Part shown: positions 20,210 to 29,760 of the stretch, in pieces
Numbering within the stretch: the first letter of the stretch is position 1
How the letters are laid out: each line of letters opens with the position of its first letter
Assembly (NCBI GenBank): GCA_013152085.1
Contig: JAADHC010000052.1
Span: 26,572-90,571, forward strand
Direction: 5' to 3'
DNA: 64,000 nt
Source: Chlorobiota bacterium
GTDB lineage: Bacteria; Bacteroidota; Bacteroidia; Bacteroidales; VadinHA17
Notes under the pieces: generated by a model
Databases searched by the model: none
Told to the model about the DNA's origin: nothing
What the model saw: only the letters and a program-made list of their open reading frames with translations
Made by a program: the position numbers and the translations under genes

Positions 20210-21700
20210 TTAAAATCGAAAAGCAATCGTAGCTATTACGTTGTGCCTGGCACTTGAGAGTGCGGCATAATTTCCCTGTGGATTGGGATAGAGTACATAA
20301 TTTTCCTTATGTGCCGTAAATACATATCCCAGATCCAGGGATAGGTTCCTGTCTTTGAATCCCAGGCCTGCACTGTAAGACATGGTAAAAGCATCTTTGT
20401 TTAATTCCGAAGACCGGTAAGGGCTGCTTGAATACATTGCTCCGCCACGTACGGACAGGGTGCCCAACCTGATCTCCGCACCTGCGCGCAGGTTATGCAC
20501 ACTCGTATATGCAGACTGGATGGCATCATTCTTATCGGCAAAATCATATCCGTCTTCTCCGTTTCTTAACCGCAGGTTAGAATAATCAACATATTCGTAA
20601 TCCAAACTGACCAGGCCCAGTTTTCCAAAGACAAGTGCTCCGCTTAATATGGCATGGAGGGGGGTAGAAAGACGATAAGTGTAATTACCATCCGGTGACT
20701 GGTCATTATATACTGTGTTTCCCTGTGAATCGGCAAAATCATAGCCTGCTTCAATCGTTGTATAATAGTTATCACGAAGTCTGTAAACTACCGGGAAATG
20801 AACGGCTCCACCTATACGCAATATTTTTACCGGCTTATAAATAAATCCGAGTTTCAATCCCATGCCGGTTCCGACCGTTTCAAGATTATCATTAAAACGG
20901 AAATAATCAAATTCATAGATCGTACCCTGGTCATCCGTTTCATTATGCGTAAACGTTCGTTTATACCTCAATGACTGAATAGAGAGTGATCCACCAAGGT
21001 AAAAGTTGTAGCTGAAATTTGCACCGAATGTAAAAAGATACTCACTGGAATAACCCGACCGGCTGATGGTTCTACGCTGCATCTCACCATAGGTTGAATT
21101 GGCCATATCACCGTATTCGGACAAAATGGTTTCATAGTCATAGGGATCTCCGTTAACCGTATCGATCAGATAAACGTTGTAAGCCAGTGCCTCTTCATAA
21201 GCATAAAGGTCTGTTATGTTCCATCCGTCAGCCATATTGGCAAAATAATTCAGATAGCTGCCGTTATTATTACGTGCTGCAATCTGAATCTGCTTACTGT
21301 AATTTGTCTCCTTGTTATAGGTGGCACCGAAACTCATGCTTACCCAGCCTTTATCTCTTCCGGTGTTATAAGTGGAAACAAAGCCGACATTCCCTATAGA
21401 AAGTTTATTTTCAAACTCCGAGCGGGTTTCGCCCAGGTAATCTGCAGAAGTTTTATCGAAGAGATAGGAAGGAGAAAACGAGAACGCTCCTCTTCTAAAG
21501 ACACCGATACCTGCAGGGTTTATACTCAGGGCCCCCATATCTCCGCCGAGGGCACCGAAGGCATTACCCATACTGAGTGACCGGGCCGTACCCCCGGTAC
21601 GAAAAAGCTGTCCGTAACGCAGGGCATCCGTTTCATTTTGCGCATGCAGCGTAACGGCGGCTAACATAAACAGGATCATTATTATCGTTGATTTTCTCAT
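20210..21700 (-). CDS. FadL/TodX-like outer-membrane beta-barrel protein
   Basis: 496 aa. Signal peptide ending LHAQ, an N-terminal DALRYGQ..GGTARSLSMGNAFGALGGDMGALSINPAG motif typical of FadL-type barrels, alternating-hydrophobic strands, and a C-terminal aromatic residue (..IAFRF). Confidence 0.75.
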   Translation of the reverse strand: MRKSTIIMILFMLAAVTLHAQNETDALRYGQLFRTGGTARSLSMGNAFGALGGDMGALSINPAGIGVFRRGAFSFSPSYLFDKTSADYLGETRSEFENKLSIGNVGFVSTYNTGRDKGWVSMSFGATYNKETNYSKQIQIAARNNNGSYLNYFANMADGWNITDLYAYEEALAYNVYLIDTVNGDPYDYETILSEYGDMANSTYGEMQRRTISRSGYSSEYLFTFGANFSYNFYLGGSLSIQSLRYKRTFTHNETDDQGTIYEFDYFRFNDNLETVGTGMGLKLGFIYKPVKILRIGGAVHFPVVYRLRDNYYTTIEAGYDFADSQGNTVYNDQSPDGNYTYRLSTPLHAILSGALVFGKLGLVSLDYEYVDYSNLRLRNGEDGYDFADKNDAIQSAYTSVHNLRAGAEIRLGTLSVRGGAMYSSSPYRSSELNKDAFTMSYSAGLGFKDRNLSLDLGYVFTAHKENYVLYPNPQGNYAALSSARHNVIATIAFRF

Positions 21701-21785
21701 AATGCTGAATATTATAATGTACTATTCCATGTCATGTGTTTACAGACACACAAAATCTTTTTATATACAACAGACATGCTGTTAC

Positions 21786-23036
21786 TTATCTCCTTCTCCC
21801 ACCTGAAGAACCACTGCTACGTGAACTTCCTGAGCTACGGGATGAAGATGAAGAACTATATGACCGTCCTGAAGACGAAGGCCTGTAACTGCTGCTTCCG
21901 GAACTCCTTCGTGTCGGGGTATAGGTTGATGTTCCGCGACGTACAGGTGGTGAATATGATCTTGGGGTCATACTCCTTGTTGTCCTTACACTACGGTTTG
22001 TATTATACGAAGGCCTTGTCGTCCTTGTATTGGAATACCTCGGAATGTATGTCCTGCCTGTACTCTGGGTACTCCTTGTCCTGGTAGTTGTTGCAGGCCG
22101 ACGGGTTGTAGCTGTTGTAGTCCGGTGCGGTGTAGTTTGTGGCATTCTCGTTGTCCGCGTAACCGGTGTTGTAGTATGCATGGTGGTTGTCCGTCTGGAT
22201 GCCGGTTGCCGGGCTGTGGCAGCTGTTTTTGCCGTATTTGTCCTGGTCTGTGTAGCGGTACCTGTAGCGGAACGCCTGGGAGTAGTAACCATAGTACCGG
22301 AAGTTGTACTGGTACGCGTCCCTCCGGTAACCCGCCTTGAATCGGAAGGAATAATCCCTCGCTTAACAGCACCTCCGGTTGTTGTACCGTAAGGATTCCG
22401 GTTACTGGCAACAGAACGGCGATGGCCGTATGTTGCACCTTTATTATTGCCGGCAACTTCACGGTAATAAGGATATCCTCCGTAACCGCCATAGTAACCT
22501 CCATAATAACCGCCATAGTAACCGCCATAATATCCGCCATATCCTCCGTAAAAACTATTATACATGAAAGGAGAAGCATAAGACCATGGGCTATAGAAAC
22601 CTCCGAACCCATAACTCATCGAGAAACCCGGGCTGTAACCATACATGAAGGGATCATAATAGTAACTCATGGGATCATAAAAGAAAGGATCATAGTAATT
22701 GAATCCATATGTAGGATAATAAAAATGCCTGATCCTTGATCCATAATCCATTCCATAATTATTGATGATCACATTTCCGCCATTGTCATACATTCCGGCC
22801 TCATCCGGAGGCAATTGCAAAGTATCTTCCGAATATGTATCCGGGTATTCATCCAGTGCAGCAAAACCTCCTTCATTCTCAACAGCAGCATAACCCTGGT
22901 CAGTGGCGGGAGCAACCGCCTGGGGTTGACTGTTGTCAGACGGATTGTAGTAAATATCATCGACCAGATAGCCGCCGGATGCACAGCCGGCCATCAAAAT
23001 GCCAAGAACCGGAATAAGTAAATATCTGACTTTCAT
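21786..23036 (-). CDS. Lipoprotein with an aromatic/Gly-rich core and an Arg/Thr/Ser-rich low-complexity C-terminal half (uncharacterised)
   Basis: 416 aa. Signal peptide + lipobox (ILMAGC); conserved RIRHFYYPTYGFNYYDPFF; (GGYY)n run; a long tail made almost entirely of R/T/S/P/G/N/Y, ending GGRRR. AGGAGGG lies 7 nt upstream of the ATG. Paralog of 23254..24480. Confidence 0.8.
   Translation of the reverse strand: MKVRYLLIPVLGILMAGCASGGYLVDDIYYNPSDNSQPQAVAPATDQGYAAVENEGGFAALDEYPDTYSEDTLQLPPDEAGMYDNGGNVIINNYGMDYGSRIRHFYYPTYGFNYYDPFFYDPMSYYYDPFMYGYSPGFSMSYGFGGFYSPWSYASPFMYNSFYGGYGGYYGGYYGGYYGGYYGGYGGYPYYREVAGNNKGATYGHRRSVASNRNPYGTTTGGAVKRGIIPSDSRRVTGGTRTSTTSGTMVTTPRRSATGTATQTRTNTAKTAATARQPASRRTTTMHTTTPVTRTTRMPQTTPHRTTTATTRRPATTTRTRSTQSTGRTYIPRYSNTRTTRPSYNTNRSVRTTRSMTPRSYSPPVRRGTSTYTPTRRSSGSSSYRPSSSGRSYSSSSSSRSSGSSRSSGSSGGRRR
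22471..22553 (-). repeat. In-frame tandem repeat, roughly 12-nt period, encoding YGGYGGYYGGYYGGYYGGYYGGYGGY
   Basis: The + strand reads ggatatcctccgtaaccgccatagtaacctccataataaccgccatagtaaccgccataatatccgccatatcctccgta, i.e. degenerate ccgccatagtaa units. Confidence 0.85.
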
Positions 23037-23211
23037 TTTTTGTCCCTCCTGAGTTTCTGTTTCAATAATAAACTCGCAAATACCATACCAAACAACCTAT
23101 TTTAACCTTTCAAATATACTGTCAGCACTATTTGCATGCAGTCATCATTTGATTCAAACAAATGTAAAAAAAAATCATATAAAAATGACGATTAAATATT
23201 GATAATATAAA

Positions 23212-23233
23212 ATGGCCGGAAATTACCGGCCAT
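23212..23233 (-). terminator. Rho-independent terminator after the 23254..24480 gene
   Basis: ATGGCCGG-aaatta-CCGGCCAT. On the - strand the hairpin is followed by TTTTATATTATC. It lies 21 nt downstream of the stop. Confidence 0.75.
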
Positions 23234-23253
23234 TTTATTTGAGAGGGTTTCTG

Positions 23254-24480
23254 TTATCTGCGGCGTGAACTGCCTGACTTTTTCGAAGTACCACTCGTAC
23301 GTTTACTTCTTTTCGAGAACGACCTTGCCGGTGCAGATTTATGTGTCGTTGTACTGCGCCGGACGGATGTTCCCTTTGCTGAAGAAGAACGTGACCTGGT
23401 TGTTGTGACACGGGTATTTCTCGAAGACCTGCTACGGACGGGGGAATTCATCGTTGTGGTACGCCGGTTAACGGTAGTGGTACGTGAACGGTTTCCGGAG
23501 TTGCCGGTAGTCGGTCGGGTTACCGTAGTGCGGACCGATTTTCCTGAACTCCTGCCGGTATTGCCACCCCGGTAATTATTCGTATTTCCACGGCTACCAC
23601 GGTAAGAAGAGTTTGCCGGGTTTGTATGCGTCGTGTTGCGGGTAACCGTATTCGTCCGTCTCGAAGGGGTCGTTACCGTATGGTTTACCGTAGTGGAATT
23701 GTTTCCTCTGTTGCTGTTTACGTGGGTCACGGAATGGCTTACCGTAGCTCCGCCACGCCGGCTGTTATTGCGATTTTCATTAATATTGCTGCGGTTTCCG
23801 TTATCATTGTTTCCCGTACGGCTTCTATTCACAACAGTCGTATTATTTACCGTAGTCCTGTTATTAACGGTTGTCCGGTTAACATTTGTTCCCCTCCGGT
23901 AAGAAGCAGGGTAACTGCCGGAAGAGTACCTGTATCTCCAGGGATCATAACGATACCTGTTGTTCCGGGAATACCTGTTACCGTAATAATAATTGTTTAC
24001 AATTCTGGTCCTGTATACAACCCTGGAAGGCCGGTAGAAGGAACCGTACCCATAGTAATAGGAATCGTAACCGGAATAGTAATCAGGATAATAATATGAT
24101 TCGGAATAGTATACCGGCGTATACCAGATGGGTATATTCCATGAAATCCCGAAAGTAAAACCTGACCAGCCGGTACCGAAATAAAATCCCGTACCCCAGA
24201 AAGGCTGGTATCCGTACCAGTAACTACCGGAAAAATAAGGATCATAGTAGCTGAAACTGACCGAAGGATAATAAAATCGTCTGATCCGCGTAGCGTATGA
24301 TACACCGAAATAGCGGCTGTGAAAATGGCCGGTGGTGCGGACCATCATCTGGGGATTGTAATAAAATGAAGGTGATAAAAAACGATCTCCGGATTCCGTA
24401 GCCCCGGCCATCTGCTGATGTGCAGGGAAGAAAAACAGGATCATTGTGAAGATTGCCGTATATGTGATTTTTGTTTTCAT
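23254..24480 (-). CDS. Secreted protein with an aromatic/Gly-rich core and an Arg/Asn/Thr/Ser-rich low-complexity C-terminal half (uncharacterised paralog)
   Basis: 408 aa with a signal peptide. It shares YYNP and [19 protein letters not shown] with the neighbouring gene, then has a Y/G/W/F-rich segment and a long tail dominated by R/N/T/S/G/V, ending SSRRR. GGGAGG lies 5 nt upstream of the ATG. Confidence 0.8.
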   Translation of the reverse strand: MKTKITYTAIFTMILFFFPAHQQMAGATESGDRFLSPSFYYNPQMMVRTTGHFHSRYFGVSYATRIRRFYYPSVSFSYYDPYFSGSYWYGYQPFWGTGFYFGTGWSGFTFGISWNIPIWYTPVYYSESYYYPDYYSGYDSYYYGYGSFYRPSRVVYRTRIVNNYYYGNRYSRNNRYRYDPWRYRYSSGSYPASYRRGTNVNRTTVNNRTTVNNTTVVNRSRTGNNDNGNRSNINENRNNSRRGGATVSHSVTHVNSNRGNNSTTVNHTVTTPSRRTNTVTRNTTHTNPANSSYRGSRGNTNNYRGGNTGRSSGKSVRTTVTRPTTGNSGNRSRTTTVNRRTTTMNSPVRSRSSRNTRVTTTRSRSSSAKGTSVRRSTTTHKSAPARSFSKRSKRTSGTSKKSGSSRRR

Positions 24481-24562
24481 GATAACCTCCCGTTTTTATT
24501 TGTCGGCAAGAATATTTTTCTTTGCGTTTCAAGATACAAAAACAAATACCATACCAAAAACA

Positions 24563-26038
24563 ATGGCAAAAGAAATTACACCCCGGTCTGAAGATTATGC
24601 ACAGTGGTATAACGACCTGGTAATCAAGGCCGATTTAGCGGAAAACTCTGCGGTCAGAGGCTGCATGGTGATTAAACCCTACGGATTTGCAATCTGGGAA
24701 AAGATACAGGCCCAGCTTGATAAGATGTTTAAAGAGACCGGTCATGTGAATGCCTACTTCCCCCTGTTCATTCCCAAATCCTTCTTCAGCCGTGAGGCAA
24801 GTCATGTGAAAGAATTCGCCAAGGAATGTGCCATAGTAACCCATTACCGCCTGAAAAACGACCCTGACGGAAAAGGCATTATCGTTGACGAGGATGCAAA
24901 ACTGGAAGAAGAACTGATTATCCGGCCGACTTCCGAAACCATTATCTGGAATACCTATAAAGGATGGATCCAGTCATACCGGGATCTTCCCCTGCTGATC
25001 AACCAATGGGCCAACGTCGTACGCTGGGAAATGCGCACACGGCTTTTTCTGCGCACTACCGAATTCCTTTGGCAGGAAGGTCACACTGCACATGCGACCA
25101 AAGAAGAAGCTGTGGAGGAAACAAAAAAAATCATCGACCTCTATGCACGATTTGCCGAGGAATTTATGGCTATGCCCGTAATCCAGGGGGTAAAAACCGA
25201 AAATGAACGATTTGCCGGGGCTGTAGAGACCTATTCTATTGAAGCCATGATGCAGGATGGAAAAGCGCTGCAGTCAGGAACATCCCACTTCCTGGGCCAG
25301 AATTTCGCCAAAGCTTTTGATGTGAAATTTCTGGACAAAACCGGAAAACTCGATTATGTCTGGGCCACATCATGGGGAGTTTCCACACGGCTGATGGGAG
25401 CGCTCATCATGGCTCACAGCGATGATCACGGGCTTGTTCTCCCGCCGCGCCTGGCACCCATACAGGTAGTTATTGTCCCGATATACCGGAAAGAGGAAGA
25501 ATTGAATAAAATCTCTGTAGTCGCCGGCGAGATCAGGGACAAACTTACCAAACTCGGTATTTCGGTAAAATATGACGACCGGGACACCCAGAAACCGGGA
25601 TGGAAATTTGCCGAATACGAAATGCGGGGTGTTCCCATACGGATTGCTATTGGTCCCCGTGATCTTGAGTATAAGACCGCCGAAGTGGCACGCAGGGATA
25701 TATTAAAGAAAGAAAATCTTCCCGTGGACACACTGGAAACAACCATCCCTGCCCTGCTTGATGAAATTCAGGAACAAATCTACCGGAAAGCCGAACATTT
25801 CCGGGATACCCATATTTTTGAAGCCGGTTCATGGGACGAGTTCTGCGATATTATTGAACATAAAGGAGGATTTGTCAAGGCTCATTGGGACGGTACTACA
25901 GAAACAGAATTACTTATAAAGGAAAAAACCAAAGCTACCATCCGCTGTATCCCGGTAGATGAACCCCCTTCAGAAGGAAAATGTATCCTTACCGGGAAAC
26001 CATCACATCAAAGAGTAATTTTTGCCAAAGCATATTAG
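24563..26038 (+). CDS. proS: Proline--tRNA ligase (archaeal/eukaryote-like class IIa type)
   Basis: ORF 24446..26038. Start moved to ATG 24563 ([20 protein letters not shown], the canonical start of this ProRS type). Class II motifs are present ([30 protein letters not shown]). Confidence 0.93.
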   Translation: MAKEITPRSEDYAQWYNDLVIKADLAENSAVRGCMVIKPYGFAIWEKIQAQLDKMFKETGHVNAYFPLFIPKSFFSREASHVKEFAKECAIVTHYRLKNDPDGKGIIVDEDAKLEEELIIRPTSETIIWNTYKGWIQSYRDLPLLINQWANVVRWEMRTRLFLRTTEFLWQEGHTAHATKEEAVEETKKIIDLYARFAEEFMAMPVIQGVKTENERFAGAVETYSIEAMMQDGKALQSGTSHFLGQNFAKAFDVKFLDKTGKLDYVWATSWGVSTRLMGALIMAHSDDHGLVLPPRLAPIQVVIVPIYRKEEELNKISVVAGEIRDKLTKLGISVKYDDRDTQKPGWKFAEYEMRGVPIRIAIGPRDLEYKTAEVARRDILKKENLPVDTLETTIPALLDEIQEQIYRKAEHFRDTHIFEAGSWDEFCDIIEHKGGFVKAHWDGTTETELLIKEKTKATIRCIPVDEPPSEGKCILTGKPSHQRVIFAKAY

Positions 26039-26255
26039 ACCCCAAACTTTTGTAACACGAGACCCTCCGTAAAACAAGAATATATAATTATATTTTATAC
26101 ATAATTATTTCAGAATCATACATACTGTTCAATGAATTACGCTGAAGTACAACTCCGAGATGTCAAACCGAATGTTAAGTTTCCGATAATAAATATCATT
26201 TCGTACTTTCATGCTTTTCACCTATTTTTAACCCTGCAATCAAATCTTCCCGGAT

Positions 26256-26975
26256 GTGAAAACACCAAAGGCACAGCAACAGATCGTCGATTACCTGACA
26301 GTTAAAGCCACACTCAAACAGCATGTTTACGACCGGACACTGGCAGCTTTCTCCCTGCTCAAGGAAGCTATGAAAGAACTGACAAAGTCGTTGGGAGATT
26401 CCATGAAAATTGATGATAAACGTGTGCTTCCGGACTACAAGGATTTCGGGAAGTTTGCCGCACAGATGCAGGTGTCCGGAGACCTTCTCATCTGCACTAT
26501 GCATACCAACATCTTTGAGTTCGACCGGGATCATAAAATATGGGAAATTCCTTATATTAAGGAGGATCCGCTAAATTCATACTGTGGGATTATCAACGTC
26601 TATAATTTTCTTACCGATTCATTCCGTTACAACCGTATCAAAGATCTTGGCTATCTTATTGCACGCATTTTTGTCAACCGTAATGACCGCTTCTTTGTCG
26701 AAGGGAAACGGCAAATGGGTTTTCACTATAAAAATTTCGGAAAACTTGCGATCAGTAAGGAAATTTTCGAAAAGGTTATGGAAAAGGCCATTACTTATGC
26801 CGTTCAGTTTGACCTTCTGGTGCCACCCTACGACAATGTAAAGATCACATCGGTGGAACAGATGTCTGCAAAGATCACCCGCTCGGTGCAGCAAACCGGC
26901 AAGCGGCTGGGATTCCAGTTTAATGCCGATGATGTTCTTGAGGAAGAAAACCATTCGAAAAATTCAGACAACTAA
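26256..26975 (+). CDS. Hypothetical protein
   Basis: 239-aa ORF with a GTG start and no signal peptide or motif I recognise. It fills the gap between flanking genes and has coding-like composition. Confidence 0.55.
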   Translation: MKTPKAQQQIVDYLTVKATLKQHVYDRTLAAFSLLKEAMKELTKSLGDSMKIDDKRVLPDYKDFGKFAAQMQVSGDLLICTMHTNIFEFDRDHKIWEIPYIKEDPLNSYCGIINVYNFLTDSFRYNRIKDLGYLIARIFVNRNDRFFVEGKRQMGFHYKNFGKLAISKEIFEKVMEKAITYAVQFDLLVPPYDNVKITSVEQMSAKITRSVQQTGKRLGFQFNADDVLEEENHSKNSDN

Positions 26976-27070
26976 AACAGGACATTCAAAACTTTTTAAC
27001 CTGAGCACGTATTGAAAATCTTTATATCTTGCTAAATCTTTAGAAAATGTAAGGGAAAAGAAAGATAACG

Positions 27071-28993
27071 ATGAAAGTGTTTTTCAGGAAATGTGTCCGG
27101 TTGATTTTTGTGATCCTTTTGTCAGCCGGTGACTGTTTTGCCGGAACACCTGATACACTTCATATCAGGAAAGATGAGATACTGCTGTTTAATGATTCCA
27201 TTGTTTCTTTCGACCGGGATACGATTATTTTCCGTCCCGTGGGAGTAGCTGTTTTCAGGACAGGAAAAAAGTACGTGGCTTCCCGGGAGTTTTATGACTC
27301 TCTGCTGACCCGGAATGAAAAACGCCGCTGGATCAGCCGTCTCTACAGTTTACTAATCGTCACAGACCGGAGTTCTCCGGCCCAGGAAGCAAAAGTTGGA
27401 AAAAGCAGTAACAGTTATACCCCTTATGCGGGATACCGGATCAGAAACATTAAAATTTTTCCGCTGGATCCTTTTGGTCCTGTGGCCCGGGATACGCTGT
27501 TGAAAGATCCCGGGGGGATACAACATTCGCTTAACCTGATCCATATTACAACGCGTCAACGAATCATACGCCAGAACTTATTATTCAGTGAAGGAAATGA
27601 AATTAACCCTGCCCTGCTGGCTGATAACGAAAGGATCTTACGTCAGCTTCCGTACATCAGGGATGCCCGGATCATTGTTATTCCGGAACCTGACGGAACT
27701 GCAGACATTTTAGTGATTACCCGTGACGTATTCTCGATTGCCGCCTCCTATGATTATTCTAACCCTGAAGCCGGAAAGGGTTCCGTTTATGATAATAACT
27801 TTTTAGGTCTCGGCCACCAGTTAAAACTGACCACTTTGTATGATTTTAACGATGAAACCAGCCCCTGGGGGATATCCGGAAGCTATCGCATTGACCATAT
27901 TGCAAACACTTTTATCAGCGGAAACATGGGAATATCCTCCGCATTTGGTCAACAACGTGCCGAACTGAACTTTGAACGAAAATTCATCTCACCTTTTATC
28001 CGTAATGCCGGAGGAGTAAACACCCAGGTAGCCTATGTACACGAACGATTGCCCGGAGATTCGGTTATCAGGCCCCTGCGCTATTTTTATCACGACCTGT
28101 GGTATGGACATTCGTTTCTGTTAAACCAGCAGAAAAGAAACCGGCTGATACTTGCCGGACGCTACTACCTTAACAATGTTATGGAACGACCTGATATTGT
28201 GCCAAATAAGTACCATCGACTTCAAAGGTACCAGCTCGTACTGGGAAGTATTTCTTTTTCTGTTGACCACTATTTTAAATCAGGACTAATCTATAATTTT
28301 GGCATTACGGAAGATATTCCGAAAGGTGTACTATTCAGTATTATCGGAGGATACGAATGGAATGAATTCAGCAACCGTCCTTACTTTGGCACCAACCTCT
28401 CGTATGGAAGCTATTCTGTTCGTAACGGTTATTTTAATACGGGGATTTCCTGGGGAGGATATATTGACAATCATACACTCTCTCAGGGTATTTTCCAGGT
28501 ACATAGCAGTTACTTCACCCCCCTGGTTAATGCCGGAAGATTTTATTTTCGCCAGTTTGCCGACCTGGATTTCACAACCGGCATACGCCGTTTCAGTGAT
28601 GAAACCATCAACCTGAACAATGACCTGGGTATCCGCGGTTTCAGAAGTGACAGCCTTTTAGGGACACGTCGTCTGGCATTACAACTCGAAACAGTTGTTT
28701 TTTCCCCGCTTTATGTTTACGGATTTCGCTTTACTTTTTTCTCTTTTGCAGATCTGGGGGCCATCGATACCGGCGATGTCTTATTTACCAACAATAAACT
28801 TTATTCGGGCATCGGACTTGGTGTAAGGATCAGAAATGAAAATCTGGTATTTAAAACATTCCAGATACGCCTGGCATACTACCCGGTTTTACCTCCTGAA
28901 GCAGCTTACCAAACGGTTGTCTTCTCGGGACAGAAATTATTTGAACCACGTAATTTTAACAGCGAAAAACCCGATATTGTAGCATTTCATTGA
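27071..28993 (+). CDS. Omp85/BamA-family outer-membrane protein (POTRA + surface-antigen barrel)
   Basis: 640 aa with a signal peptide. POTRA-like IRNIKIFPLD..LLFSEGNEINPALLADNERILRQLPYIRDARI, then a long beta-barrel region with aromatic-ended strands. Confidence 0.7.
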   Translation: MKVFFRKCVRLIFVILLSAGDCFAGTPDTLHIRKDEILLFNDSIVSFDRDTIIFRPVGVAVFRTGKKYVASREFYDSLLTRNEKRRWISRLYSLLIVTDRSSPAQEAKVGKSSNSYTPYAGYRIRNIKIFPLDPFGPVARDTLLKDPGGIQHSLNLIHITTRQRIIRQNLLFSEGNEINPALLADNERILRQLPYIRDARIIVIPEPDGTADILVITRDVFSIAASYDYSNPEAGKGSVYDNNFLGLGHQLKLTTLYDFNDETSPWGISGSYRIDHIANTFISGNMGISSAFGQQRAELNFERKFISPFIRNAGGVNTQVAYVHERLPGDSVIRPLRYFYHDLWYGHSFLLNQQKRNRLILAGRYYLNNVMERPDIVPNKYHRLQRYQLVLGSISFSVDHYFKSGLIYNFGITEDIPKGVLFSIIGGYEWNEFSNRPYFGTNLSYGSYSVRNGYFNTGISWGGYIDNHTLSQGIFQVHSSYFTPLVNAGRFYFRQFADLDFTTGIRRFSDETINLNNDLGIRGFRSDSLLGTRRLALQLETVVFSPLYVYGFRFTFFSFADLGAIDTGDVLFTNNKLYSGIGLGVRIRNENLVFKTFQIRLAYYPVLPPEAAYQTVVFSGQKLFEPRNFNSEKPDIVAFH

Positions 28994-29066
28994 AATCTGT
29001 TTAAGTACGTTCTAAATAATGCCCCGTTCCTGAAGAATAAAATTTCTTTGTATCTTTAGATCATTA

Positions 29067-29082
29067 AATTTTAATTAAAATT
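29067..29082. promoter_or_regulatory. 16-bp perfect palindrome AATTTTAATTAAAATT 11 nt upstream of the peroxiredoxin ATG (candidate operator)
   Basis: The sequence equals its own reverse complement, verified base by base. Its position overlaps the expected promoter/5' UTR of the peroxiredoxin gene. Confidence 0.35.
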
Positions 29083-29093
29083 ATCGATTTGTT

Positions 29094-29732
29094 ATGGCTG
29101 TATTAGTTGGAAAAAAAGCACCCAATTTTTCTGCACCTGCTGTTATTAACGGAGGTGAAGTTATAGAAAACTTTTCCCTCGATCAATATCTGGGAAAGAA
29201 ATATGTTGTACTTTTCTTTTATCCTGCCGATTTCACCTTTGTTTGTCCGACTGAGATTCTTGCTTTTCAGGAACATATGGACGAATTTGACAAGCGGAAT
29301 GTGGCTATTGTCGGCTGCTCCGTTGACTCCCAGTTTTCACACTGGAAATGGTTGCAGACAGAGCTGCATGACGGTGGGATTAAAGGCGTAAAATATCCTC
29401 TCGTTGCTGATCAATCCCTGGTTATTGCCACCAGTTATGATGTACTGGCCGGAGATTACGAATATGATGACGACGGGGATGTAGAGTTTACCGGTGTGGC
29501 TCAGGCTTATCGCGGATTATTTCTCATTGACCTTGAGGGTATTGTACGCCATCAGGTAGTAAATGATATGCCGCTTGGTCGAAGCATTGAAGAAGTTTTG
29601 CGTATCGTGGATGCATTGCAATTCTATGAAAATCATGGTGAAGTTTGTCCGGCTGACTGGCATCCCGGGGATGAAGCACTGGATCCTACCCAGGAAGGCA
29701 TTGCAACATTCCTTGCCAAAAAGGAACATTAG
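29094..29732 (+). CDS. Typical 2-Cys peroxiredoxin (AhpC/Tsa family)
   Basis: FFYPADFTFVCPTE (peroxidatic Cys) and GEVCPADW (resolving Cys). 212 aa, with an acidic insertion GDYEYDDDGDVEF. Confidence 0.92.
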   Translation: MAVLVGKKAPNFSAPAVINGGEVIENFSLDQYLGKKYVVLFFYPADFTFVCPTEILAFQEHMDEFDKRNVAIVGCSVDSQFSHWKWLQTELHDGGIKGVKYPLVADQSLVIATSYDVLAGDYEYDDDGDVEFTGVAQAYRGLFLIDLEGIVRHQVVNDMPLGRSIEEVLRIVDALQFYENHGEVCPADWHPGDEALDPTQEGIATFLAKKEH

Positions 29733-29760
29733 CTTCGAACAATTTTATATATAATCAAAA

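Noticed and set aside
21986-22612. Long alternative-frame ORFs on both strands across the two low-complexity genes (e.g. 21986..22612 -, 22030..22392 +, 23626..24099 +), possible overprinted genes
   Set aside because: Biased, repetitive codon composition (ACN/CGN/GGN/TAY runs) removes stop codons from several frames. Only the annotated frames have a signal peptide, a Shine-Dalgarno, a conserved paralogous core and a following terminator.
23053-23255. 9-bp direct repeat GTTTCTGTT at 23053-23061 and 23247-23255 bracketing the spacer between the two paralogs, a possible duplication scar or recombination site
   Set aside because: It is too short to distinguish from chance, and one copy overlaps the coding end of the upstream gene. 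There is no supporting inverted repeat or recombinase.
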